A stretch of DNA of 39,271 nt from an uncultured Candidatus Melainabacteria bacterium (GTDB lineage Bacteria; Cyanobacteriota; Vampirovibrionia; Gastranaerophilales; Gastranaerophilaceae), in contig CAKVJR010000001.1 of assembly GCA_934754855.1 (NCBI GenBank), positions 1 through 39,271 on the forward strand, read 5' to 3'. Made by a program: the position numbers and the translations under genes. Of the stretch, positions 16,290 through 27,423 are shown one piece after another (positions within the stretch are counted from its first letter, which is position 1; each line of letters opens with the position of its first letter). The notes below the pieces were generated by a model. That model was given only the letters and a program-made list of their open reading frames with translations. It was not told where the DNA came from and made no database searches.

Positions 16290-17324
16290 ATGTTTTTCAA
16301 AAATAACAACACATTCAGAACGGTATTGTTCATATTGCTTGCACTGTTTGTAATTTGGGCGATTGTTCAAATCAAAGAAATTGCATTATTGTTTTTCGGA
16401 GCGTTTGTAATAGCCTGCTCGCTCAATCCGATTGTTGACAAATTGGAGCAAAAAATGCCTCGGGCATTGGCAACGACGATTGTTATAACACTTGCAACGG
16501 TTGTGTTGTTGGTAGTATTTTTGCCTGTGTTTTTTGTGGCGATAAAAGAGTTCAAAACATTATTTTCTCTTATTCCCGACGCTTTGCGTAATATTTCCGA
16601 TTGGGTCAATACGACGTCGGTTGCGGGATACAAATTGAACGATTTTATCTCGACGGACAATACAAACATCGACTCCGGTTCGGTTGCGTCAAATATTATT
16701 GATAAGTCTGTCAGCATCACAATGGGGATAATCGACGGAATGACGGTGCTTTTGTCCCTTGCAATGATTATTTTTTATCTTGTTTGGGAAAAACGGGAAA
16801 TCAACAAAAGCCTTTTGCTTTGGTTCCCTCCGAAGATGAAAGCCCGTGCGGCTGAAATTATCACGGCGATTGAAACCAAAGTCGGCGGATATGTTTTTGC
16901 TCAAGTCCTTTCGATGTCAACCGTCGCATTTTTCACGGTTTTGGGGCTTATGTTGTGCCATGTAAGATATGCGTTTTTGCTCGGCATAATTGCGGGCATT
17001 TTGGACATAATCCCGATTGTCGGTCCGACAATTGCTTTGATTTTAGGTTGTGCCTCGGCTGCGGCAAACGGCTGGATATGGATTTTGCCGACAATTGCGG
17101 TATATTTAATCGCTCAATGGGTGTCAAACCAACTCGTTCGCCCCGTTGTTTTCGGAAAATTTATGCAACTTCACCCGATTGTGGTTTTGTTCTCGTTCTT
17201 CGTTTGTGCAAAATGTTTGGGCGTATGGGGTGTAATTATTGCTCCTGCAATCGCCGCAACAATTATTACTCTTCTCGATGAACTTTACGTAAAAACAATT
17301 AATTCGGGAAAACAACCTCAATGA
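16290..17324 (+). CDS. AI-2E family transporter (PerM/UPF0118)
   Basis: 344 aa, about 8 TM helices. Characteristic C-terminal region GILDIIPIVGPTIALILG ... VRPVVFGKFMQLHPIVVLFS. Confidence 0.88.
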   Translation: MFFKNNNTFRTVLFILLALFVIWAIVQIKEIALLFFGAFVIACSLNPIVDKLEQKMPRALATTIVITLATVVLLVVFLPVFFVAIKEFKTLFSLIPDALRNISDWVNTTSVAGYKLNDFISTDNTNIDSGSVASNIIDKSVSITMGIIDGMTVLLSLAMIIFYLVWEKREINKSLLLWFPPKMKARAAEIITAIETKVGGYVFAQVLSMSTVAFFTVLGLMLCHVRYAFLLGIIAGILDIIPIVGPTIALILGCASAAANGWIWILPTIAVYLIAQWVSNQLVRPVVFGKFMQLHPIVVLFSFFVCAKCLGVWGVIIAPAIAATIITLLDELYVKTINSGKQPQ

Positions 17325-18916
17325 GCGAAGTATTTTTGTACGACAAAAAACCTTTCTCAAGCGACAATTTGAACGTTTGGATTGCCTTTCCCGCTGTTTC
17401 AAATCTCGGAATGTCCGCTCTCGGTTTTTTGACGGTTTTCGAGATGATGGAAAAAGACGAAAACATCAACGCTGAAAGGATTTTCACCGATACAACGACA
17501 ACACAAATTGATGCAAGAAAAGTGGATTTGCTCGGATTTTCTTTTTCGTTTGAACTCGATTTTCTCGGTATTTTCAAAATTTTGGATAAATTTCATATCC
17601 CTCTAAACTCTAAGGACAGAGATGAAAATTGCCCGTTAATATATGCCGGCGGTCCAGTTGTGAGTTCAAATCCCGAACCGTTTGCTCAAATTTTTGACTT
17701 TATAGAACTTGGCGATGCCGAAAATAAATCAAAAGAAATAACCGACGCAATTCGCCTGAACAGAGATAAATCCCGCAAAGAAGTTCTTGAAATTTTATCG
17801 AAAATCGACGGCGTTTACATTCCCTCTTTAACAAAATTTGACCCCGAAAAAGGCATGTTGACTTTGGACGGAAAACCTTATACCGTAAGAAAATCTACCG
17901 ATTCCCTCTGCGGAATTTGCGTAACAACACCGATTTTGACCGAAAATTCATTTTTTAAAAATACTTTTATCATCGAAGTCGCTCGTGGCTGCCCCCAAAG
18001 ATGCGGTTTCTGCAATACTTCTTTCCTGAACAGCCCGTATCGGACTTGTGACAAAAATTTGATAATTTCAAAAATCGAAAATGCCCTTAATTATACCCAC
18101 AAAATAGCATTTTTAGGTGCCGCCGTTGGGGCTCACCCCGATATCGACGAACTCTGCGATTATGTTTATAAAAAAGCAGACGAAATACCCGACCTCGAAC
18201 TGTCCGTTTCTTCTTTGCGTGCTGACGGTGTTTCTGACAGCGTTGCAAGAACCTTGGTTAAGTGCGGTCAAAAACATGCTACTCTTGCTCTTGAAGCAGG
18301 CTCTGACAGTCTTAGACGGGTTGTTAATAAAAATATCACAAACGATTTGTTCAAAAAAACAGTTACAAAATTGCGTCAAACAGGCTTTAAAGGTGTCAAA
18401 ATCTACGGAATGATAGGACTTCCGACAGAAACACAAGAGGATATCCAAGCCCTCGTCGATTTCGCCCGTGAATTGAAATCCGAAAATAAAGGGTTTGAAA
18501 TTTCCTTCGGTTTCTCGTCCTTTATTCCGAAATCCCACACTCCGTTTCAATTTATGGAAAAAGAAAATACAAAATCTCTAGAGAAAAAATTTGAATTTCT
18601 CCAAAAAGAAATGCGAAAAATCGGCGTAAAAATCTCAATTTCTCCCGTAAAATGGGACTACGTTCAAGCCCTGCTCTCACGTGGCGGTAGAGAATTGTTC
18701 GATTTTATCGTCGAAGTTTACAACAATGGTGGTAATATCGGGGCTTTTAAATCCGTGATAAAAGATTTTACCAAAAAAGGAATTATTCCCGACTTCGACT
18801 CAATCGCTTGCTCAAAAAGAGATTTTGATACGATTAATCCTTGGGATTTTATTCTTCAAAAAAATCCAAAAGAGCAGATTGTTAAGGAATGTAAACTGTT
18901 ATTAGCCCGTCGATAG
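17321..18916 (+). CDS. B12-binding-domain radical SAM protein (TIGR03960-like)
   Basis: 531 aa. Radical SAM cluster motif ARGCPQRCGFC (CX3CX2C). N-terminal region AFPAVSNLGMSALGFLTVFEMM is typical of this family. 4-nt overlap with the upstream gene. Confidence 0.9.
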   Translation: MSEVFLYDKKPFSSDNLNVWIAFPAVSNLGMSALGFLTVFEMMEKDENINAERIFTDTTTTQIDARKVDLLGFSFSFELDFLGIFKILDKFHIPLNSKDRDENCPLIYAGGPVVSSNPEPFAQIFDFIELGDAENKSKEITDAIRLNRDKSRKEVLEILSKIDGVYIPSLTKFDPEKGMLTLDGKPYTVRKSTDSLCGICVTTPILTENSFFKNTFIIEVARGCPQRCGFCNTSFLNSPYRTCDKNLIISKIENALNYTHKIAFLGAAVGAHPDIDELCDYVYKKADEIPDLELSVSSLRADGVSDSVARTLVKCGQKHATLALEAGSDSLRRVVNKNITNDLFKKTVTKLRQTGFKGVKIYGMIGLPTETQEDIQALVDFARELKSENKGFEISFGFSSFIPKSHTPFQFMEKENTKSLEKKFEFLQKEMRKIGVKISISPVKWDYVQALLSRGGRELFDFIVEVYNNGGNIGAFKSVIKDFTKKGIIPDFDSIACSKRDFDTINPWDFILQKNPKEQIVKECKLLLARR

Positions 18917-18956
18917 TGCCTTTTTGAAACAATTGTATAAATTACACTTAAAACGC

Positions 18957-18985
18957 TTGACTTTTTTTATAAAATATCATATATT
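18957..18985 (+). promoter_or_regulatory. sigma70-like promoter of candidate small RNA
   Basis: TTGACT (18957-18962), 17 nt, TATATT (18980-18985). Confidence 0.45.
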
Positions 18986-18991
18986 GTTGGT

Positions 18992-19143
18992 ATGGATTTA
19001 AGTGTAGTTTCCAACTCGCATAAATCTGAAACACAAATAACAGTCATAACCAACATTACAATCCCGAACACACACAAACTCCTAAATACATAAACACAAA
19101 ATGAAACCATTAGGATGCAGCCACACTGAGTGGCATTTTTTTT
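18992..19143 (+). ncRNA. candidate CA-rich, G-poor small RNA, or leaderless mRNA for a 33-codon ORF
   Basis: Bounded by the promoter above and by hairpin GCCAC-actga-GTGGC (19120-19134) followed by a T8 run. 19021-19110 has only 4 G in 90 nt, and A+C make up 71 of 90. The ATG at 18992 opens MDLSVVSNSHKSETQITVITNITIPNTHKLLNT. Confidence 0.3.
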
Positions 19144-19152
19144 GCCTTGTTT

Positions 19153-19182
19153 TTGAAATTTCGCTAAATTTCACGATATAAT
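19153..19182 (+). promoter_or_regulatory. putative promoter of the pilin gene
   Basis: TTGAAA (19153-19158), 18 nt, TATAAT (19177-19182). Confidence 0.4.
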
Positions 19183-19313
19183 TGCTTATTCGTGAACTGA
19201 AACCCTTATATCTTAAGAGTGTATAAAATACACCAAATAACTCTGCTGTTTTTCGAGATAACTTTACAAAAATTAAAATATGTTTATTGTTTCAAATGTG
19301 CTTTAATAAAGTT

Positions 19314-20015
19314 ATGAAAAAGTTTAAGGCAAACGGATTTACTTTGGCTGAGATTTTGATTGCATTGATTGTAATCGGGATTGTTGCTGCAATGGTTATA
19401 CCGAGTGTTGTTTCTGTTGTTCAAAAGAGGGATTTGGAGGGCAGATTTGCGAAGGCAAATTCTGTTTTGAAGCAGACTGTTGCGAGGGCAGAGGCGACAG
19501 AAGGAAATTTCACGAATTGGGAGTGGATTTCGAGCGATAAGATATTTTTCGAGTATTTTACGCCATATTTGTCGGTTGTAAAAATTTGTAAACCCAATGA
19601 AGATGGTTGCGGAGAGGACATTGATTATAAAATGCTGAACGGCTCGATTGCGGCTGTTGGGGCATTTCCGACGACGGTCACGAGATTTATTACAAATGAC
19701 GGTGCAAAGTGGCTTATCGGGGTAAATTCGGGCTGCGTATCGAAGAGGGAATATTGTGCGTTGGTTCGGGTTGATGTAAACGGAGATGCTCCGCCGAATG
19801 TTTACGGGCGGGATTTGTTCACGTTTTTTATGCTTCCATATACGAATGAGGTCAAACCCGAGGGGTTGTATGAGTTTCCGCTTCCTTATGATGATGAAAA
19901 AGGCTGGATTGCTTATGAACATCAGGAAATTGAAAACGATTGCAATCCCGAGTCGGGCGGTGGAACTCTTTGCGGGGCGAAGATTATTGCAGACGGTTTT
20001 AAGATGAATTATTAA
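19314..20015 (+). CDS. prepilin-type N-terminal cleavage/methylation domain protein (type IV pilin/pseudopilin)
   Basis: Class III signal MKKFKANG|FTLAEILIALIVIGIVAAMVIP. Cys pairs and the VDVNGDAPPNVYGRDLFTF motif common in pilin-like proteins. Start taken at the third Met of the ORF (track start 19287). Confidence 0.85.
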   Translation: MKKFKANGFTLAEILIALIVIGIVAAMVIPSVVSVVQKRDLEGRFAKANSVLKQTVARAEATEGNFTNWEWISSDKIFFEYFTPYLSVVKICKPNEDGCGEDIDYKMLNGSIAAVGAFPTTVTRFITNDGAKWLIGVNSGCVSKREYCALVRVDVNGDAPPNVYGRDLFTFFMLPYTNEVKPEGLYEFPLPYDDEKGWIAYEHQEIENDCNPESGGGTLCGAKIIADGFKMNY

Positions 20016-20081
20016 CCTGTTTGCAAAAAGAGCGTTTCTCATGTAATATGTATATGTTGTGAAATTTGATGGAGTCTTATT

Positions 20082-20636
20082 ATGGCACAAGTAACAGAAA
20101 AATATGTTTACGGCAAAACAAAATTATCGGAAGAAGAATTAAATAAAGCAAGCAAGATTATTCTTGATTTGCAGGCTGAAAATGCCGAGTTAATCGAACA
20201 GGGTTTCGGACCTTTTTTGGCAGCGGTTTATGATGATAAAGGCAATTTGATTGCGAAGATGCCGAATACGGTTGCGAAAGAAAATTGCTGTCTTTGGCAT
20301 GCTGAAGTTAATACGATTAAAAAGGCTTGCGAAAATTTAAAGACATACGATTTGGCACCTTATAATTTGTCGCTATATGTAACGGCAGAACCCTGCATTA
20401 TGTGCTGCGGTGCAATTATGTGGTCAGGTATTCAAAGAGTCTTTTACGGCGTAAATTCTGCCGATGTTGAAAGAATTACAGGCTTTGACGAAGGATTCAA
20501 ACCTAATTGGATTGAAGAATTTGCAAACAGAAATATTGAAGTTTACGGCGAAATTGAAGCGGAAGCAGGAAGAAAAGTTCTTGAAAAATACGTTTCAAGC
20601 GGAAAAGAAATTTACAAACCATCAGGTGACAGATAG
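20082..20636 (+). CDS. CDA-fold nucleoside/nucleotide deaminase (CMP/dCMP deaminase zinc-binding family)
   Basis: Zinc motifs HAEVNTI and PCIMCCGAIMWSGI. Confidence 0.85.
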   Translation: MAQVTEKYVYGKTKLSEEELNKASKIILDLQAENAELIEQGFGPFLAAVYDDKGNLIAKMPNTVAKENCCLWHAEVNTIKKACENLKTYDLAPYNLSLYVTAEPCIMCCGAIMWSGIQRVFYGVNSADVERITGFDEGFKPNWIEEFANRNIEVYGEIEAEAGRKVLEKYVSSGKEIYKPSGDR

Positions 20637-21298
20637 TGAAATATTCTTGTAACGAATGCGGAAGAGAATACAGAAAACGTCCGAATTTTTGCGATTGCGG
20701 TAACGATTCGTTTACCGAAATTCGAGAAGAGTCGGATATTATTGATGAGCAACAATCAAGACCATATACGGGTCGAGTTGCAAAATCGCACTCTCATTCT
20801 CACTCTCATCAACATGTTAAGGTTAAAAAAGAAGAACCTGTTATTGTTGAAGAGGAAAAGACGAGTCCTGTGACGGTTTTGTTGTTTGTTTTATTGGTTG
20901 CATTGCTGGCGTTTTTGGTGCCGAGATTTCTTCAACAAAAAGTTAACGATACAAATGATACGGACGCAGAATATCTTGACCGTATTATGAATACGATAAT
21001 GGGTGATTTTAACCCTGCGGGAATTACCAAATCGGGCGAATGTATTGTTCGATTTGAGGTAAACGAAGCAGGTTGGGTAAGCAAGCGTGAATTTACACGC
21101 AAAGCAAGCGTTCCCGCTATTAACGCAAAAGTCGGATATGCATTGAAAAAAGCGACAATTCTTGAAAAACCGCCGAAAAAATACACAGATGTTCCTTTGA
21201 GATTGCAAGTGTCTTGTACTGCAAGCCAAGAGATGGCTGAGTGTATGAGCGGAATAAAGATTGATGAAACTCCGACTTTGCCTCAAAACAAGAATTAA
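20636..21298 (+). CDS. zinc-ribbon / His-Ser repeat / TM / TonB_C-like domain protein
   Basis: GTG start overlapping the upstream stop (TAGTG). Features: CNECG...CDCG zinc ribbon, HSHSHSHQH, TM helix VTVLLFVLLVALLAFLV, and C-terminal GECIVRFEVNEAGWVSKREFTRKASVPAINAKVGYALKKA resembling TonB C-terminal domains. Confidence 0.6.
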   Translation: MKYSCNECGREYRKRPNFCDCGNDSFTEIREESDIIDEQQSRPYTGRVAKSHSHSHSHQHVKVKKEEPVIVEEEKTSPVTVLLFVLLVALLAFLVPRFLQQKVNDTNDTDAEYLDRIMNTIMGDFNPAGITKSGECIVRFEVNEAGWVSKREFTRKASVPAINAKVGYALKKATILEKPPKKYTDVPLRLQVSCTASQEMAECMSGIKIDETPTLPQNKN

Positions 21299-21421
21299 TT
21301 TCGGTTAAAATTTGTTGCTAAATCAATAGATACGAAGTGTTAAGTTCTGTCATTTTTTAGCCTTTTTGAAAATTTTATATTAAAATATTTAATATAGGAT
21401 ATAACACCATTGGGGATATAA

Positions 21422-23866
<2,445 letters not shown>

Positions 23867-23888
23867 TGTTAAATTGAGGACAAAATAG

Positions 23889-24947
23889 TTGAGTGCTTTT
23901 AAGATATTTAAAAAGACTGCAACAAAAATCGTACTGCTCGTAATCATTGTGATTACGGCAGTTTCGGTTTTTTTGTTCCCGAATTGGTACGAAAAACAGT
24001 ACAAAAAGATTTGGGGATATTATTATGTCTATAAGGGCGATAAGGCTTATCGTGCGGCAAAATATCAGAAAGCGGTCGATTTTTACGTTAAGGCACTCAA
24101 ATATTACCCCGAACATTCAAAAGCGAGATGTAACCTCGGTCATTTGTACGTAGTTTTTGAAAATTATTACGCAGCGGCGGATTCTTACGATGAGGCATTG
24201 CAATATGACCCGAATTATATGTCTTGCCGAATGGATTACGGAATTATTTTGTCGGAGCAATTGGCGGATTACGACAGGGCTGTTCAACAATATACCAAAG
24301 TTATTGATTCAAAACCTTTTATGCTTTATATTCCGTTTATTTATAACAATTTAAAAAGCGTAAAAGTCAACCGTGGCTTGGCTTATTACAATATGGGCGT
24401 TGCATATCGAAGCAAGTCGATATTTTTGGGCGAACATACCATTGCGTCAAATCAGTATTTGAAAAAAGCAAAAGAGTCTTATAAAGATGCGAAAAAACTT
24501 TTGCCGAAAGATTACGACACACACTATAATTCCGCTTTGACAAACCAACTTTTGGGAAATGTTAAAGAGGCGGGACTTGAGTATTGTCAGGCGATACAGT
24601 TAAGACCGTACAATTTTGAGGCTCATTACAATTATGCACTTTTGTTAAGGTCGCTGAAATTTTATAAAGAATCAATGTCTGAACTCGAAAAAGCGGGCAT
24701 GCTTGCAGATAACGAGGCTGATTCCGCACAATTGAAGTATATTTACGAGGTTTTGGGCGACGTCAGACAACGACTCGTTAATGCAGGCGAGATTGAGTTT
24801 TTGAACTCAAGAGTTGATGAGTCGGGCATGGACAGTTCAGAACTTGCATATCGTGACGGAAAAGTTATACTAAAAGAAGATTCGGATAAACTTTTGACTA
24901 AAAGATTGAAATTTTGTCCAAAAAAAGAATATTTTGAGGGTTTATAA
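23889..24947 (+). CDS. TPR-repeat protein with N-terminal TM helix
   Basis: TTG start 8 nt after GAGGA. TM helix IVLLVIIVITAVSVFLF. Repeated TPR-like units (AVDFYVKALKYYPEH, AADSYDEALQYDPNY, GLEYCQAIQLRPYN). Confidence 0.8.
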   Translation: MSAFKIFKKTATKIVLLVIIVITAVSVFLFPNWYEKQYKKIWGYYYVYKGDKAYRAAKYQKAVDFYVKALKYYPEHSKARCNLGHLYVVFENYYAAADSYDEALQYDPNYMSCRMDYGIILSEQLADYDRAVQQYTKVIDSKPFMLYIPFIYNNLKSVKVNRGLAYYNMGVAYRSKSIFLGEHTIASNQYLKKAKESYKDAKKLLPKDYDTHYNSALTNQLLGNVKEAGLEYCQAIQLRPYNFEAHYNYALLLRSLKFYKESMSELEKAGMLADNEADSAQLKYIYEVLGDVRQRLVNAGEIEFLNSRVDESGMDSSELAYRDGKVILKEDSDKLLTKRLKFCPKKEYFEGL

Positions 24948-26417
24948 ATGAATTCAAATGAATCACAATTCTTACTTGAAAATGCAAAAATATACATGGA
25001 AGCACAAAGTTCGCAAGAATTTGTGGAAAGATTTGAAAATCTTTTCAAGTTGTATTTTGGAATAAATAAGATTGATTTTTTGACACTTGACTATAATACA
25101 GGTATTTTCAGGGATTTTGTAAAAGATTGGGTTTACATAAACGACCCTGAAAAACAAAGAAAAATAGGAAAAGTCTTTGATGAATTTCAAAAACGTACGG
25201 ACATTTTTGTTTACAACGACAAAATTTGCGAATATAAAATGACTGATGACGAGATAAAAGAATTGATTGATATGAAAAGTCCCGAATCAAATACGGTCTT
25301 TTTCCCGATTTTCTCGATGGCAAGAACGTTTGGCGTTATCCAAATCGAGTTTAAAGATTTAAGACAGGGCTTGGAAATTAATAAAGAATTTTTTGAAGTT
25401 TTGCAAATTATCTTTATGCAAATTTCCGTATCAATCTACAACCACGTGGTTCAAGAACACATGGCGACAGGTTTGAACTTCTATGATGCGATGAAAAATA
25501 TTGCAAAAATCATCGAAAATCAATACGAATTGGAATATATCATTCCTCAAATCGGTGAAATGATTGACAGATTTATTTCATCTCATTTGATTTATATTTT
25601 CCTGAAAGATGATAACGCTCAGTTCAGACTTATTTGGCCGACAAATTGTCATAACGAAGAAATTTTCAGAATGCTGAATGAGGTTAATAATGATGTCATA
25701 ATCTCAAAAGACAGCAGAATCGGTGTATTTCCCATTAAAGGCGAAGAGTCAAACCTTGGTGCGTTGGTTGCTTACAGCACAATCGGAAAACTTACGCCGA
25801 ACGAAATTGAGTATTTGATTGAGTTGACGAAACAATCGGGAATTACAATTCAAAGAGCAAATGTTTATTCGGAAGTCTTGAAACACGCAACTTTAGACGC
25901 TTTGACAGGCTTGAACAACAGACGTCAGTTTGAAATTCGTTTGAAACAGGAAACCGCCCAAAGTATCAGAAAAAATACCGATTTGTGCGGCTTGATGCTC
26001 GATATTGATTACTTTAAACGGGTAAACGATACGTACGGTCACGCAGCGGGAGATTGCGTCATCAGAGGAATTGCAGAAATTATTTCAAAAACAATTCGGG
26101 AATACGATATCGCTTGCAGATATGGCGGTGAAGAATTTTTCGTGTTGCTTCCGATGACGAAAATCGAGGATACGCTTGCGGTTGCACAACGTATTCGTCA
26201 AAATATTCAAAATACCAAAATCGACATTAGAGAGGCAAAAGTCAAAGGTGTTCCGTACTTGCAGGTTACGGCGAGCCTCGGTATAAATTATTTTGATAAA
26301 AAAGTTACCCCCGAAGAATTTTATCAAGGGGCGGATAAAGCACTATATCAATCCAAAGTTAACGGTCGTAACAGAGTTACGATTTACGAAGAAAGTATGT
26401 CTAAATTAGAAAATTAA
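24948..26417 (+). CDS. diguanylate cyclase (GGDEF) with N-terminal GAF-like sensory region
   Basis: LDALTGLNNRRQFE, DIDYFKRVNDTYGHAAGD, active site GGEEF, and an RxxD I-site (REYD) 5 residues upstream. ATG immediately follows the TPR gene stop. Confidence 0.92.
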   Translation: MNSNESQFLLENAKIYMEAQSSQEFVERFENLFKLYFGINKIDFLTLDYNTGIFRDFVKDWVYINDPEKQRKIGKVFDEFQKRTDIFVYNDKICEYKMTDDEIKELIDMKSPESNTVFFPIFSMARTFGVIQIEFKDLRQGLEINKEFFEVLQIIFMQISVSIYNHVVQEHMATGLNFYDAMKNIAKIIENQYELEYIIPQIGEMIDRFISSHLIYIFLKDDNAQFRLIWPTNCHNEEIFRMLNEVNNDVIISKDSRIGVFPIKGEESNLGALVAYSTIGKLTPNEIEYLIELTKQSGITIQRANVYSEVLKHATLDALTGLNNRRQFEIRLKQETAQSIRKNTDLCGLMLDIDYFKRVNDTYGHAAGDCVIRGIAEIISKTIREYDIACRYGGEEFFVLLPMTKIEDTLAVAQRIRQNIQNTKIDIREAKVKGVPYLQVTASLGINYFDKKVTPEEFYQGADKALYQSKVNGRNRVTIYEESMSKLEN

Positions 26418-26419
26418 TT

Positions 26420-26806
26420 ATGCAAGAAAAAAATCATACAGTACAATCTAAGAATAATGAAAAAACAGTGGCATATTCGGCATTAACTCTTGTTTTGCTT
26501 GTGTTTTTGATTCAGGCAGGTTTTGGAATGATAGTCAATATTTTGAGAAATATTGATACTTTTGCAAAATTAAAAATCGTCAGCAATGCACATAAATACG
26601 CAAGAGTGAGAAATTACAATTTGCGATATGAAATGCAAAGTTTTAATTCGGCGAAAAACCTTGAATCTATTGCGAGAAACAACCTCAAAATGGCGGCTCC
26701 CGATGAAATTTTGCTCGTCATAAATCAGCCTCAACCACAGGAAAAAAAGGCTGAAAAAGACAATAATAAACCGAAAGAGAAAGGTATTTTCTTTAAAGAG
26801 CGTTGA
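26420..26806 (+). CDS. FtsL/DivIC-like septum formation protein (tentative)
   Basis: 128 aa, a single TM helix followed by a helical region. The LESIARNNLKMAAPDEILLV motif resembles the FtsL/FtsB family C-terminal part. Confidence 0.5.
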   Translation: MQEKNHTVQSKNNEKTVAYSALTLVLLVFLIQAGFGMIVNILRNIDTFAKLKIVSNAHKYARVRNYNLRYEMQSFNSAKNLESIARNNLKMAAPDEILLVINQPQPQEKKAEKDNNKPKEKGIFFKER

Positions 26807-26841
26807 TGTTTTTTATGGTAAAATATTTTTAGGTTTAAGGT

Positions 26842-27423
26842 ATGAAAAAAAAGAATCTTTTTTACATAATATTGATAGTTATCGTTGTGGTTGCCTGCTT
26901 GTGGGCGTTTATTTCCGCAAGTTTTATCACTAAAAATTTCAAAAAAAGATTGATTGACGACTCCCTCGGAAAACAGGAAGTTACGATACAAAACCTTTTG
27001 GTTACGGAAACGAAGGACGATAAAAAGTCTTGGGAATTATTTGCGGACGACGGATATTACGACAATGCGTCGCAGGTTGCGATTTTGAACAACATTGTCG
27101 GCAATTTTTATGATGATAACGAAGTTGTTGCAAGTTTTGAGTCCTCAAAAGGAACTTATAACCAAAATACGAAGCAGATTATTTTGTACGAGAAAACATT
27201 GATTGTTTATAAAGACGGTTCAAATGTTTCGGCGAACAAAATGGAATGGCACGGAAAGGACAGCGGAGTCACGGCAGAGGGTTCCGTAAGACTTGAATTG
27301 CCGTCAAAAGTAGTCGTTGTCGCAGAAAAGGCAACTTTGAGTCCTGACTTTAAAAATTTGAAAGTTTTTGGACGAACAAAGACCGAAATTTACGACAGCG
27401 GAAATATGGGAATTACAAAATGA
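26842..27423 (+). CDS. lptC: LptC-like LPS export protein
   Basis: 193 aa. N-terminal TM anchor followed by a beta-rich domain with LptC-like pattern (KSWELFADDGYYDNASQVAILNNIVGNFY). Overlaps the downstream OstA-family gene by 4 nt. Confidence 0.7.
   Translation: MKKKNLFYIILIVIVVVACLWAFISASFITKNFKKRLIDDSLGKQEVTIQNLLVTETKDDKKSWELFADDGYYDNASQVAILNNIVGNFYDDNEVVASFESSKGTYNQNTKQIILYEKTLIVYKDGSNVSANKMEWHGKDSGVTAEGSVRLELPSKVVVVAEKATLSPDFKNLKVFGRTKTEIYDSGNMGITK

Noticed and set aside
19284-20090. 268-aa ORF on the minus strand fully antisense to the pilin gene
   Set aside because: The translation is low-complexity and Arg/Asn/Cys/Ile-rich with no motifs. The plus-strand ORF has an unmistakable prepilin signal (G|FTLAE) and pilin-type motifs. 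It is most likely a chance open antisense frame.
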